Assembly: GCA_012033495.1 (NCBI GenBank)
Contig: JAAUQT010000001.1
Span: forward strand, 9,204 to 73,203
Length of the DNA: 64,000 nucleotides
Reading direction: 5' to 3'
From: Cyanobacteria bacterium RM1_2_2
Lineage (GTDB): Bacteria > Cyanobacteriota > Cyanobacteriia > Elainellales > Elainellaceae
Shown here: piece after piece, positions 49,894 to 60,366 of the stretch
How positions within the stretch are numbered: position 1 is the first letter of the stretch
Layout of the letters: every line of letters starts with the position of its first letter
Position numbers and translations under genes: made by a program
Notes under the pieces: model-generated
Databases searched by the model: none
The model's input: only the letters and a program-made list of their open reading frames with translations
Told to the model about the DNA's origin: nothing

Positions 49894-50490
49894 TTAATTC
49901 AAACTCTCCACTAGGCGAGACTGGGAGTAATCGGGGTTAAGTTCATTTCGGAGCCGCCCATTGCTGGCAAGATCCACATTGGCGATGGCCCGTTTAGCGA
50001 CGACCTTCCAAGTGGTGCTTTCATCCCACGGTGCAAACACTAGCTCGCCGTTGGCATAAACGCGACAAAACAGGACTTCATCTGCTTCAGCCGCCTGTAG
50101 CTCAATTGTGATCGGCTGCTGCAACTGCTGGGGCGTCATCACCGACAAAGCAGACAGCAGAGACTTGGAAAAATTGGAGTCATAGCCCGCTTCCAAAATG
50201 TAGCGCCGATCGGCTCGGACATGGAGATGAATTTTCCAGGTTTCCTTGCCGCGTCGTTCCACCTGCTTAAACTCTAGTTTGTCAATTAAGCAAGTTAGAG
50301 CCGTCTGCGGAATTTGCACGACCTCGCGGGCGTCGTTCAGCCAATACCACAAACCGTTTTGGCTGCGGTTGCAGTAGATGTAGCGCGGACGAGGCGCTTC
50401 ACTGAAGCCAAGGGGCTGCTTTTGTTGCAGCAAATCGATCAACTGTTGCAAAAGGGCGTTTTGTTGCGTGAGCAAAGATTCGGTTGTCAT
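49894..50490 (-). CDS. Hypothetical protein (198 aa), third gene of the orphan cassette
   Basis: Clean ORF with a Gln/Leu-rich N-terminal helix (LLTQQNALLQQLIDLLQQKQ) followed by a globular region. No family recognised. Confidence 0.6.
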   Translation of the reverse strand: MTTESLLTQQNALLQQLIDLLQQKQPLGFSEAPRPRYIYCNRSQNGLWYWLNDAREVVQIPQTALTCLIDKLEFKQVERRGKETWKIHLHVRADRRYILEAGYDSNFSKSLLSALSVMTPQQLQQPITIELQAAEADEVLFCRVYANGELVFAPWDESTTWKVVAKRAIANVDLASNGRLRNELNPDYSQSRLVESLN

Positions 50491-50551
50491 GGCAGGAGGT
50501 TAGAAAAAGCTAAAAGATGAGCCGCGAGGATTACAGAGGCGAAGGGTGGGA

Positions 50552-50905
50552 TTAGGCAGCGTCTAGCATTTGCAGTTCACGGGTGGCAATCGATTCGCGC
50601 AGTTCTAGCTTCAGCACCGAAAACTGATTGCGCAGCAAGTTCAGATCAATTTCAATGCCGGCGTGCTGATCTTGGGCAATTTGCAGATTGGCGGCTGCTT
50701 TGCGGTAGTCAGCGGCTCGCATCAACTCAATCCGTTTAGCTTTGCGCTGCGCGTCGTTGCGTAGCTCTGTATCAAAAGCAATGGTGGTGTCAATTTCGGC
50801 GGTGAGGCGGTTGAGCACATCTTGAAGGCGGCGCATATGCTGTTCGGTTTGCAGCAATTCGCGCTGTTTTTGAGCAATGGCAGCAGGATAGTCAATCAGT
50901 CTCAT
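50552..50905 (-). CDS. Hypothetical coiled-coil protein (117 aa), second gene of the orphan cassette
   Basis: The start is taken at MRLIDYP, with AGAGG about 8 nt upstream. The track ORF extends to 51031, but that extension is low-complexity. The protein is helical and heptad-like throughout. Confidence 0.55.
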   Translation of the reverse strand: MRLIDYPAAIAQKQRELLQTEQHMRRLQDVLNRLTAEIDTTIAFDTELRNDAQRKAKRIELMRAADYRKAAANLQIAQDQHAGIEIDLNLLRNQFSVLKLELRESIATRELQMLDAA

Positions 50906-51011
50906 CGTAGATACCTCTGGTTGCAAAACTAAGGGCTGCGTAGTGGGGAGGGTGTAGTAGTAGCTAGTAATCAAGGGAGTTTCTGAAAAGAATGACAACA
51001 AGAGATCTGGT

Positions 51012-51317
51012 TTAAGCGGCTTTGAAGGCATTCACTGGAGTCGGCTGGAGTTTTTTAAGCTGCTTTTCAAACACACGGCGATTAAAGGCATGGGAGCGAT
51101 CGCCCTCAAGGGTGTGAAACAGGACATCATCCACCAGCGACTCGATCGAAAGTTCCAACCAGTGCGTTAACGCTATCTGCAAATCTTCAGCGCGGTACTG
51201 CTCACCATACTCTTGAGCAAGACGCTCTTGCAGCTCAACTGCCGCATTTTTGAGGGCGAAATGGGTGGCATCGGTGTCTATGAAAGGTGCGGTGAAAGGT
51301 GCAGTAATAGGCTTCAT
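51012..51317 (-). CDS. Hypothetical acidic protein (101 aa), first gene of the orphan cassette
   Basis: Clean ORF, MKPITAPFTAPFIDTDATHFALKNAAVELQERLAQEYGEQYRAEDLQ... No family recognised. Confidence 0.55.
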   Translation of the reverse strand: MKPITAPFTAPFIDTDATHFALKNAAVELQERLAQEYGEQYRAEDLQIALTHWLELSIESLVDDVLFHTLEGDRSHAFNRRVFEKQLKKLQPTPVNAFKAA

Positions 51318-51450
51318 GGCTTGCTCTCAGTTGCTACGTTTGATTGCTTCTTGGTTCTATTTCAGGGCTTACAAGATGGTGGAGTACCGACGGAGCGAAG
51401 ACTAGAGGGGCGAATCACGAGTTAGCTGACGGCGATTCGTCAATTAAAAT

Positions 51451-51464
51451 AGTACAAATGTTCT
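51451..51464. promoter_or_regulatory. LexA-box-like palindrome in the divergent promoter region
   Basis: AGTACAAATGTTCT satisfies every position of RGTACNNNDGTWCB, the LexA box reported for Anabaena PCC 7120 as I recall it. It lies 134 nt upstream of the ATG at 51317 and 184 nt upstream of the ATG at 51648. Confidence 0.3.
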
Positions 51465-51647
51465 ATGCTTTTATTGTAACTCGACAGCCGCTGAGTGTCA
51501 GCTACGGGAGCTAACAAATTGTCAAGAGGAATAATTTTTTAGCAGCAAAAAACTAGCTCGTAGGACTCTGCTAAGCTCAATCAGGGTAAGCTGCGATAAG
51601 ACACATGCAAAAGCCGGCTCACCCTCAAAGGATTGCAGGAGCGTGCT

Positions 51648-53222
51648 ATGGCTGGGTTGTTAGCTCGGTTGTCAAAATGGGTTCAATTTTCAAAAAAGTT
51701 TGTGCCGCATCAGGCTCGCTTGTGGCGCTGGGGACAGCATTTTTTGGGGGTAAATAGTGCGTTCTTCTTCTACTGTATCAGTCCGGTCAGTGCAGCGGAG
51801 ACGGTAGTTTTACAATATGCCGACCGTCAAGTTACGGTTTCCCTCACTGAGCTAAAAACCTTCGTGGAAACAGGCGAACCCAGCCCGATTTTGCAGGAAT
51901 TCATCGAGCGTGTGCCGTCCGATCAGGTATTTGAACGGCAGCTTTTTTCGAGCAACTTGCCGCTGCGGTTTGAGCCTTCTGGCGAGCCAAATATCTCTAG
52001 AAACGCCCAGTTTATTCTCTACCAAATCAACAAATTGGTCGGCAAACCCTCTGGCGAAGAAAATTATCCTGCCCTTAGAACGGCTTTAATCGAGGCAAGC
52101 GGAGGCAGAGGACTAACGCTGATCGGACTAATCGAAGCGTATCCAGAAGCATCTGTGCGGGTAGAACTGCGTGACTTAGAGCGGGTTTACAGCGACATTA
52201 ATTTATTTATTGAACGCATTCAGCCCTTAGTACAATCGCGCCAATTAATTGAAGATTGGCTGTGCGACTGTGTGCCTGTTGATGACAGCCCAACCGTGGA
52301 AGCAACTACTCAAACAATATCGCGCTGTGGAGTCGCACGGTTTGCTGAAGGTGGTGCTGCTTTGAATCATGGTTTACATCGCACTTCAGATAGTACACTT
52401 ATAAATCAGAAGACTTTGAATAGCACAGTTTCAAATAGTCCAGTCCTGAGTAGTACAACTTTCCTGGAATTGGCTAATTTATCTAATTCATCTTCATCTG
52501 AAGCAAGTTCATCTGAAGCAAGCGAACTGCAAGCTAATCTCCAAACCGTTACGCCCTTGTTGCTTGCCCTCGACTGGCTGAGCCAAACGCCTGCTGCGGT
52601 TTCAACTCCTCCAACTGCGCCCAAAACCCTCGCTGCTGCTTCCGTAGCGGCATCCAATCAACCTAGCAATCGTCGGTTGGTGTTCACGCTGGGGCCGTTA
52701 GGACGGTCGATTGCGATTGATGACTTGGCTCGCTTTGCTGAAACCGGAGAAACGACCCGTCAAATCCGCTCTTATCTGCGGCTGGCCAACGTTGATGCTG
52801 AAACAGTACGAGCTTTGCTGAATCGCAAAGTGAAAGTGGAACTGCAACTCGTCGATCGGCTGCTCAACAATGTGCTAGGCGAGTATGTGCTGTTTCAAGC
52901 CAGCGCCGTAATTCATACTCGCTCGCGGCGGGCGGATATTTTGGCGATGCGTTCGGCCATTATTTTGTCGCTTCATGACGATAACCAGATTTCGCCGATT
53001 GAATTTCTGCAACGCTACCCAACGCAACAAGTCTACATTGACGGAATTGCGCTGCTAGAAGTAGCTCGGTTTGTACGCCGAACGCAGCAGAATGTTGGGG
53101 AAGTGACGAACGAAATTGGCGATTGGTTAGTGGGTGTGCGGTCTGCGATTGCGGAGGATATCTGTCGCTGCAATAGGACAACCCCAGTGCCAACTCCATC
53201 AGAGGTTGCCCCATCTGGTTGA
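51648..53222 (+). CDS. Protein with two DUF1400-like domains
   Basis: A signal-like N-terminus is followed by VVLQYADRQVTVSLTELKTFVETGEPS near the N-terminus. A second, similar segment, LVFTLGPLGRSIAIDDLARFAETGETT, sits in the C-terminal half. A Ser-rich linker separates them. The track ORF begins at a TTG at 51633. Confidence 0.55.
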   Translation: MAGLLARLSKWVQFSKKFVPHQARLWRWGQHFLGVNSAFFFYCISPVSAAETVVLQYADRQVTVSLTELKTFVETGEPSPILQEFIERVPSDQVFERQLFSSNLPLRFEPSGEPNISRNAQFILYQINKLVGKPSGEENYPALRTALIEASGGRGLTLIGLIEAYPEASVRVELRDLERVYSDINLFIERIQPLVQSRQLIEDWLCDCVPVDDSPTVEATTQTISRCGVARFAEGGAALNHGLHRTSDSTLINQKTLNSTVSNSPVLSSTTFLELANLSNSSSSEASSSEASELQANLQTVTPLLLALDWLSQTPAAVSTPPTAPKTLAAASVAASNQPSNRRLVFTLGPLGRSIAIDDLARFAETGETTRQIRSYLRLANVDAETVRALLNRKVKVELQLVDRLLNNVLGEYVLFQASAVIHTRSRRADILAMRSAIILSLHDDNQISPIEFLQRYPTQQVYIDGIALLEVARFVRRTQQNVGEVTNEIGDWLVGVRSAIAEDICRCNRTTPVPTPSEVAPSG

Positions 53223-53279
53223 TGAATCGCAAAAACCGCTTATGCTGAGACAATTCTCTTAACATCTTGGCGTTGAATC

Positions 53280-55085
53280 ATGGCGGTTACTCTGCGGCGT
53301 CGTTGGTTGGCTTTGGGTTTGGGACTCTGCATGGCGGGCGTTCTGGTGATGCTGGGGCTAAGCGGATGCAGTCTTCGGTCAACCAGAGCAGAGACCGGAT
53401 CGCAGCTTGTGCTGAGTACGCTTCAAGACCCCAAAACCTTCAACTATGCACTGAACCAAGAGTTTCCGAGCATTTTTCTGTTTTGCTATCGGGGTTTGCT
53501 CCGCGAAGAAGGAACCACTGGCGAACTCCAGCCTGATTTGGCAGAAGCGTGGGAAATTTCGCCTGATCAGCGTCGCGTCACGTTTACCTTGCGCGAAGGG
53601 CTGAAATGGTCGGATGGGCAGCCGCTCACCGCTGACGATGTGGTGTTTACCTACCGGGATGTGATTTTTAACGAGAAGATTCCGGCAGAGTCGCAGGAAA
53701 CTTTACGGCTCGGCGAAAACCGCACCCTGCCCGAAGTTCGCAAACTCGACGAGCGACGGGTCGAATTTCTGCTCGCAGAGCCGTTTGCCCCCTTCCTCGC
53801 CGCTACGCAAGGTCCGCCCACCGATATCGTGATTTTGCCGAAACACAAGCTGGAACCGTCAATACAAACGCTGGATGCAAACGGAAATCCGCTGTTTCTC
53901 TCCACTTGGGGCACTGATACTGATCCGGCAGAAATTGTGGTGAATGGCCCCTACCAAATTGAGCAATACCGACCGGGCGAGCGAATTATTTTTCGGCGCA
54001 ACCCTTACTACTGGGAGCAAACCCCCCAAGGACAGATGCCTTTCGTCGATCGGATTGTGTGGCAAATTGCCGAATCAACCGACACTCAGCTTTTGGCATT
54101 TCGATCGGGCGATTTGGATGCAATCGGGGATGTGCGTCCGCTGCGACCCGAATATTTTTCGCTGCTGAAGCGAGAAGAAAAGCGCGGGAAATTTACTGTC
54201 TATGCTGGCGGGCCTTGGTCAGGGAATACATTCATTACTTTTAACCTGAATCAGGCAAAGAATGCTGCTGGACAACCTCTTGTGAATCCGATCAAATCTC
54301 GCTGGTTCAACAATCTTGCCTTCCGTCAAGCCATTGCCCACGCCATCGATCGACCGCGTTTGATCAACAACATTTATCGCGGCATTAGCGCCAATCAGGA
54401 TTCGCCAATTTCGGTACAAAGTCCTTATTACCTCAGTCCAGAAGCAGGTTTGAAAGTCTACAACTATGACCTCCAACAAGCAAAACAACTACTCCAGTCG
54501 GCTGGTTTTCAGTACAACACTGACGGTCAGTTACTCGATACAGACGGCAACCAAGTCGAATTCAACCTGCTCACCAACGCCGGCAACAAGCTCCGCGAAG
54601 CAATGGGCACGCAGATCCGCGAAGACCTGAACAAAATTGGCATTCAGGTTAACTTCACGCCGATTAACTTCAATACGTTGATTAGCAGAGTCAATGACAG
54701 CCGCGATTGGGACTGTGTGCTACTTGGCTTTACGGGCGGCATTGAACCCCACGGCGGCGCAAACCTCTGGACGAGCGGGGGCAGTTCTCATATGTTCAAT
54801 CAAGGGCCGCAGCCCGGACAGCCACCCCTCACCGACTGGGTTGTATCCGACTGGGAACGGGAAATCGACCGTGCGTTTGCTGCCGGAGCAAGAGAATTTG
54901 ACTTTGCGAAACGTAAACCTTTTTATGACCAGTTTCAAAAAATTGTCCAAGAGCAGCTTCCAGTGATTCACCTGGTTCACGAAATTGCGCTGATGGCAGT
55001 CCGCGATCGGGTGGAAGGGGTCAAGTACAACGGTTTGCCAAGCTGGGGGTTGTGGAACCTTCAGGAATTGCGGGTAAGAGACTAG
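53280..55085 (+). CDS. ABC transporter substrate-binding protein, family 5 (peptide/nickel type)
   Basis: Lipoprotein leader ...LGLSGC. The length (601 aa) and motifs (FTLREGLKWSDGQPLTADDVVFTY and RNPYYW) fit SBP family 5. Confidence 0.85.
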   Translation: MAVTLRRRWLALGLGLCMAGVLVMLGLSGCSLRSTRAETGSQLVLSTLQDPKTFNYALNQEFPSIFLFCYRGLLREEGTTGELQPDLAEAWEISPDQRRVTFTLREGLKWSDGQPLTADDVVFTYRDVIFNEKIPAESQETLRLGENRTLPEVRKLDERRVEFLLAEPFAPFLAATQGPPTDIVILPKHKLEPSIQTLDANGNPLFLSTWGTDTDPAEIVVNGPYQIEQYRPGERIIFRRNPYYWEQTPQGQMPFVDRIVWQIAESTDTQLLAFRSGDLDAIGDVRPLRPEYFSLLKREEKRGKFTVYAGGPWSGNTFITFNLNQAKNAAGQPLVNPIKSRWFNNLAFRQAIAHAIDRPRLINNIYRGISANQDSPISVQSPYYLSPEAGLKVYNYDLQQAKQLLQSAGFQYNTDGQLLDTDGNQVEFNLLTNAGNKLREAMGTQIREDLNKIGIQVNFTPINFNTLISRVNDSRDWDCVLLGFTGGIEPHGGANLWTSGGSSHMFNQGPQPGQPPLTDWVVSDWEREIDRAFAAGAREFDFAKRKPFYDQFQKIVQEQLPVIHLVHEIALMAVRDRVEGVKYNGLPSWGLWNLQELRVRD

Positions 55086-55140
55086 AGCATAAAGCAGGTT
55101 CACCCATCTGGGCTGCCCCACGCCGCTCTGAATGCGTTAA

Positions 55141-56844
<1,704 letters not shown>

Positions 56845-57072
56845 AAGACTTCAACATCATCAATCAGAATCAATCACAGGCGATACTCACGCCAAATGAC
56901 CCACTAGTGTTGATGTAACTTGGAACCGCATCTGCCGCAGTTTGATATTGCAGGCGCTGTTCTGTAAGTAACTATTCAATCATCTAGTAGACCTAAAGCT
57001 GAGACAGAAACTGCTTCCCTAATTGGCGCTGAGGGCGACTTGTGCATCGCCCTAGTTGTTACTCTGCTCAGA

Positions 57073-58254
57073 CTAGCCCACCTTGGCAAATTGCAGCACG
57101 GCTCCTAAACCCGCGCCCATTTCTTCGGGGGTGATTTTGCCATCTTTGTTGGCGTCGAGGGCATCAAACACCGCATCCGTGCCGATCCACTCTTCGCGGG
57201 TAATGAAGCCATCGCCGTCTAAATCGTAGACTTGGAACATATCTTCGGCAGCATGGCTGAGGGCTTCGCCGCCTTCTAGCCGCGAGAGGCGAGTTGCCAA
57301 CAGCGTTTCCAGCGCTTCCAGCGCTTTGGTGAACCCTTTGATGCCTTCGTCGAGCTTTTCGGAAGCCATCCGATCTTCAGCGTGCATTTTGTCGAAGGTG
57401 GCTTTGTCCATCGGGATTTTTGCGATGTCCATTTCTGACGCTTTGGCCGGATCGAGCTTGCGGACGAGTTCGCCGGTGGTGGCTTGCAGTTCGCCCAACA
57501 GTCCGGGAGAGATGGTCAACAGGTCACAGCCTGCCAGTTCGATAATTTCGCCAATGTTGCGGAAGCTTGCACCCATCACCTCGGTAGTGTGACCAAACTT
57601 TTTGTAGTAGTTGTAGATGGTGGTGACAGACTGCACGCCCGGATCTTCTGCGCCAGTATACTCTTTGCCGGTATCTTTTTTGTACCAATCGAGAATGCGA
57701 CCGACGAAGGGTGAAATTAGCGTCGCGCCTGCTTCAGCGCAAGCAATTGCCTGGTGGATGCCAAACAGCAGCGTTAGATTGCAGTGAATGCCTTCTTTTT
57801 CCAACACTTCCGCCGCTTTGATGCCTTCCCAAGTGGAAGCAATTTTGATTAGCACTCGCTCACGGGAAATGCCAGCCGCTTCGTATTGAGCAATCAGCGA
57901 ACGCCCTTTTTCGATGGTGGCTTCGGTGTCGTAGGAAAGCCGCGCATCGACTTCGGTAGAAACCCGCTTCGGGACAATTTCGAGGATTTTTAAGCCAAAC
58001 GCCACCGCCAGCCGATCAAAGGCCAGCGTCACGATGTCTTGATCACTTGCCCCCGATCCAGCATCTTGCTTGGCCTTCTTCAAGGTTTCGTCCACAATTT
58101 CTTGATATTCGGGCATTTGCGCCGCTGCGGTAATCAGCGAAGGGTTGGTAGTGGCATCGCGGGGCGTAAATTTTTGAATCGCTTGAATATCACCCGTATC
58201 TGCAACTACAACGGTCATTTCTCGCAGTTGCTCAAGTAAAGTTTTTTCAGCCAT
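57073..58254 (-). CDS. tal: Transaldolase with a C-terminal two-EF-hand tail
   Basis: Transaldolase motifs DATTNPSL and the Schiff-base Lys region [10 protein letters not shown]. The last ~50 aa carry two canonical 12-residue Ca-binding loops, [12 protein letters not shown] and [12 protein letters not shown]. Confidence 0.9.
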   Translation of the reverse strand: MAEKTLLEQLREMTVVVADTGDIQAIQKFTPRDATTNPSLITAAAQMPEYQEIVDETLKKAKQDAGSGASDQDIVTLAFDRLAVAFGLKILEIVPKRVSTEVDARLSYDTEATIEKGRSLIAQYEAAGISRERVLIKIASTWEGIKAAEVLEKEGIHCNLTLLFGIHQAIACAEAGATLISPFVGRILDWYKKDTGKEYTGAEDPGVQSVTTIYNYYKKFGHTTEVMGASFRNIGEIIELAGCDLLTISPGLLGELQATTGELVRKLDPAKASEMDIAKIPMDKATFDKMHAEDRMASEKLDEGIKGFTKALEALETLLATRLSRLEGGEALSHAAEDMFQVYDLDGDGFITREEWIGTDAVFDALDANKDGKITPEEMGAGLGAVLQFAKVG

Positions 58255-58294
58255 CTTTTTGTCCTTCAGGTATTTCTGCTAGGAGGAGGCAGGG

Positions 58295-58336
58295 GATTTT
58301 AGATTTTGGATTGCAGATTTTAGATTTTGAATTGCA
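58295..58336. repeat. 21-bp tandem repeat, 2 copies, in the tal upstream region
   Basis: GATTTTAGATTTTGGATTGCA followed by GATTTTAGATTTTGAATTGCA, 41-82 nt upstream of the tal ATG. Confidence 0.85.
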
Positions 58337-58504
58337 TGAGTAGGGAATTGATCGACTGCAAGTTGAATCCAAATTCAGTTGCTCTTGATCAGACTACCAG
58401 ACCGATCTAGATTGACGGCGTAGCCTACCCAACCACAGGGCTATCCTAACGTCGTTATCTTGATCAGTCGCGATTTTTCCAAAGATTTCCGAATCGCAGC
58501 CTAA

Positions 58505-58610
58505 TATACGTTACGCATTGAGCTTATGACATAGGGGGTGTGGGGGCGTAGGCCCCAGCTAGGGGTAGAACCCCTACACCCTGTCCTAGCCTTAGGCAGT
58601 ACTGCTATAT
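58505..58610. repeat. Hairpin element, family D copy
   Basis: See 47843-47950. This copy supplies the spurious GTG start of track ORF 58538. Confidence 0.6.
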
Positions 58611-58690
58611 TTGCAAGATTTGCAGAGAGTGTTCTCGCTAGCTCCAACTTCCTGAATCGTTACCCTCAATATCATGTCTGCTCCAATATC

Positions 58691-59935
58691 ATGCCTGCTC
58701 CAACCGCTATGAAACAGCGCCATCGCTTCTACCCGCCCAAGCTGAATCCAACGCTGGTGCGTTTGCTGCAAAAAAGCTTGCCTTGGCTCGTGCGCTGGCA
58801 GTCACAGCTAGAGTTGACGATTAGCACTGAGGCGCAAGTTCAACTCTCAACCCTGCGGCAACAGCCCTGCCTGTTTTTGTGCAACCACCCGACGTTTAAC
58901 GATCCGCTGGTGATGTTTTTGTTTTCGGGCGTCGTTGGGCAACCGTTCCATTATTTGGCGGCGTATGAGCGGTTTCGCGGTCTAGAAGGCTGGCTGCTTC
59001 AGCGCATCGGGGCTTACTCAATCCGACGCGGACAGCCCGACCGAGACAGCGTCGCTCAAACCCTGAAGCTATTGGCCCAACCCAACTGTAAGCTAACGAT
59101 TTTTCCAGAGGGCGGCTGTTCTTTCCAAAACGATACGGTGATGCCTTTCCGACCGGGAGCCGTGCAAATGGCGCTGCAAGCCCTATCGAAGCTGGAAAAA
59201 CAGGGCGGTTCTGCTCATTTGTGTGTTGTGCCAATTAGCCTCAAATACTACTACACCGGACAAATGCAGCCGATGATTGAGCAAACGCTGCAACGGTTAG
59301 AGCGAGCGTTGGAAGTGACCAGTCAGGGAGATTTTTATCTGCGGCTGCGGATCGTGGCGGCGGCGGTGATGGGCCGTTTCGAGCAGGAATATGGCTTGCC
59401 CGATGCCGACCTGGACTGGAATCAGCGGATTGCGTCCCTCAAAGCCAGTGTGTTAGAGCAGTGCGAACGGCAGCTACAGCTAACCCCTGCACCGAACGAG
59501 CCGAACCGCGAGCGGGTTTACCGGATTCAGCATGTTTTAGAGAAAACCTATACCGCCGCCGTCGAAGCAGGCAGCAACGGCATCTACCTTGAGGCAGCCG
59601 ATAGCTGGGAAGTGATGCGAAAGTCGCTGTCGCGGGTGCTCAACTTCGACGCGATTTATGACGGCTATGTAGCAGAAAAGCCAACCCCAGAGCGGTTCTT
59701 GGATACCCTAACTCGACTAGAGCGCGAAGTATTCAACATCGATCAGCCGCCTGCCAAAGGACGCCGACAGGCATTTCTGCGCGTCGGGAAACCCATTCAC
59801 CTCCAAGATTACTTACCTGACTACGGACGCGATCGAGCGGCAACCGTAACGCAACTCACCCAACGGCTTCAGCAAACGGTACAAAGCAACCTGGATGTGC
59901 TTTCTGAGGCTACCGCAAGAGATATTTCATGGTGA
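58691..59935 (+). CDS. Phospholipid/glycerol acyltransferase (PlsC-like) family protein
   Basis: The HX4D motif is in CNHPTFNDP, with a later IFPEGG motif. The start is taken at the ATG at 58691, outside the family D repeat. A large C-terminal helical extension follows. Confidence 0.7.
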   Translation: MPAPTAMKQRHRFYPPKLNPTLVRLLQKSLPWLVRWQSQLELTISTEAQVQLSTLRQQPCLFLCNHPTFNDPLVMFLFSGVVGQPFHYLAAYERFRGLEGWLLQRIGAYSIRRGQPDRDSVAQTLKLLAQPNCKLTIFPEGGCSFQNDTVMPFRPGAVQMALQALSKLEKQGGSAHLCVVPISLKYYYTGQMQPMIEQTLQRLERALEVTSQGDFYLRLRIVAAAVMGRFEQEYGLPDADLDWNQRIASLKASVLEQCERQLQLTPAPNEPNRERVYRIQHVLEKTYTAAVEAGSNGIYLEAADSWEVMRKSLSRVLNFDAIYDGYVAEKPTPERFLDTLTRLEREVFNIDQPPAKGRRQAFLRVGKPIHLQDYLPDYGRDRAATVTQLTQRLQQTVQSNLDVLSEATARDISW

Positions 59936-60335
59936 TAGTAATCATGGGGTAGCGATCGGAAAACTCAACTTCAGCGCGTTGAAAGGGCGGCACGCCTTTC
60001 CAGATGCGAGGATTCCCCGAAAAACCGATCCCTTCTTTCGGAATGCCCAAGGCATTGCAGTTTAGCTCGCCGTCCATGTTTTCGTCATGGTGGACGCTGG
60101 CAGCATAGAAGCCATAGGGCAGGTCAGCAAATTCTAGCAAGCAAGGGTTGCCATTAATGGGGAAGCAACCCGACCGAATTGCCTTGCTCGAATCGTTGGG
60201 GTAGCCGTCTGGACTGGCAAACAGCGCCGCGCAAATCACCCCTTCCTGGTTGCGCAATCCAGTTAATTCAAGTTTGAGGGTCGAGCGAACGGTAGAATCG
60301 AGGGTGACAGATCTTGGGGCAGAAGAGGACTGCAC
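59910..60335 (-). CDS. DUF2141 domain protein
   Basis: HHDENMDGELNCNALGIPKEGIGFSGN matches the DUF2141 signature. It overlaps the convergent acyltransferase gene by 26 nt. Confidence 0.7.
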   Translation of the reverse strand: MQSSSAPRSVTLDSTVRSTLKLELTGLRNQEGVICAALFASPDGYPNDSSKAIRSGCFPINGNPCLLEFADLPYGFYAASVHHDENMDGELNCNALGIPKEGIGFSGNPRIWKGVPPFQRAEVEFSDRYPMITITMKYLLR

Positions 60336-60366
60336 AGCATTACTCCAGAGATGTGATTAGAAACTG

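Noticed and set aside
51449-51466. An NtcA site (GTA-N8-TAC) overlapping the LexA-like box.
   Set aside because: GTACAAATGTTCTA gives GTA-N8-CTA, not TAC. The LexA-type GTAC-N4-GTTC reading fits better.
58538-58690. The 51-aa N-terminal extension of the acyltransferase ORF in the track.
   Set aside because: The extension starts at a GTG inside the family D repeat, which is also present at 47843-47950 in a non-coding context. It has no protein-like character.
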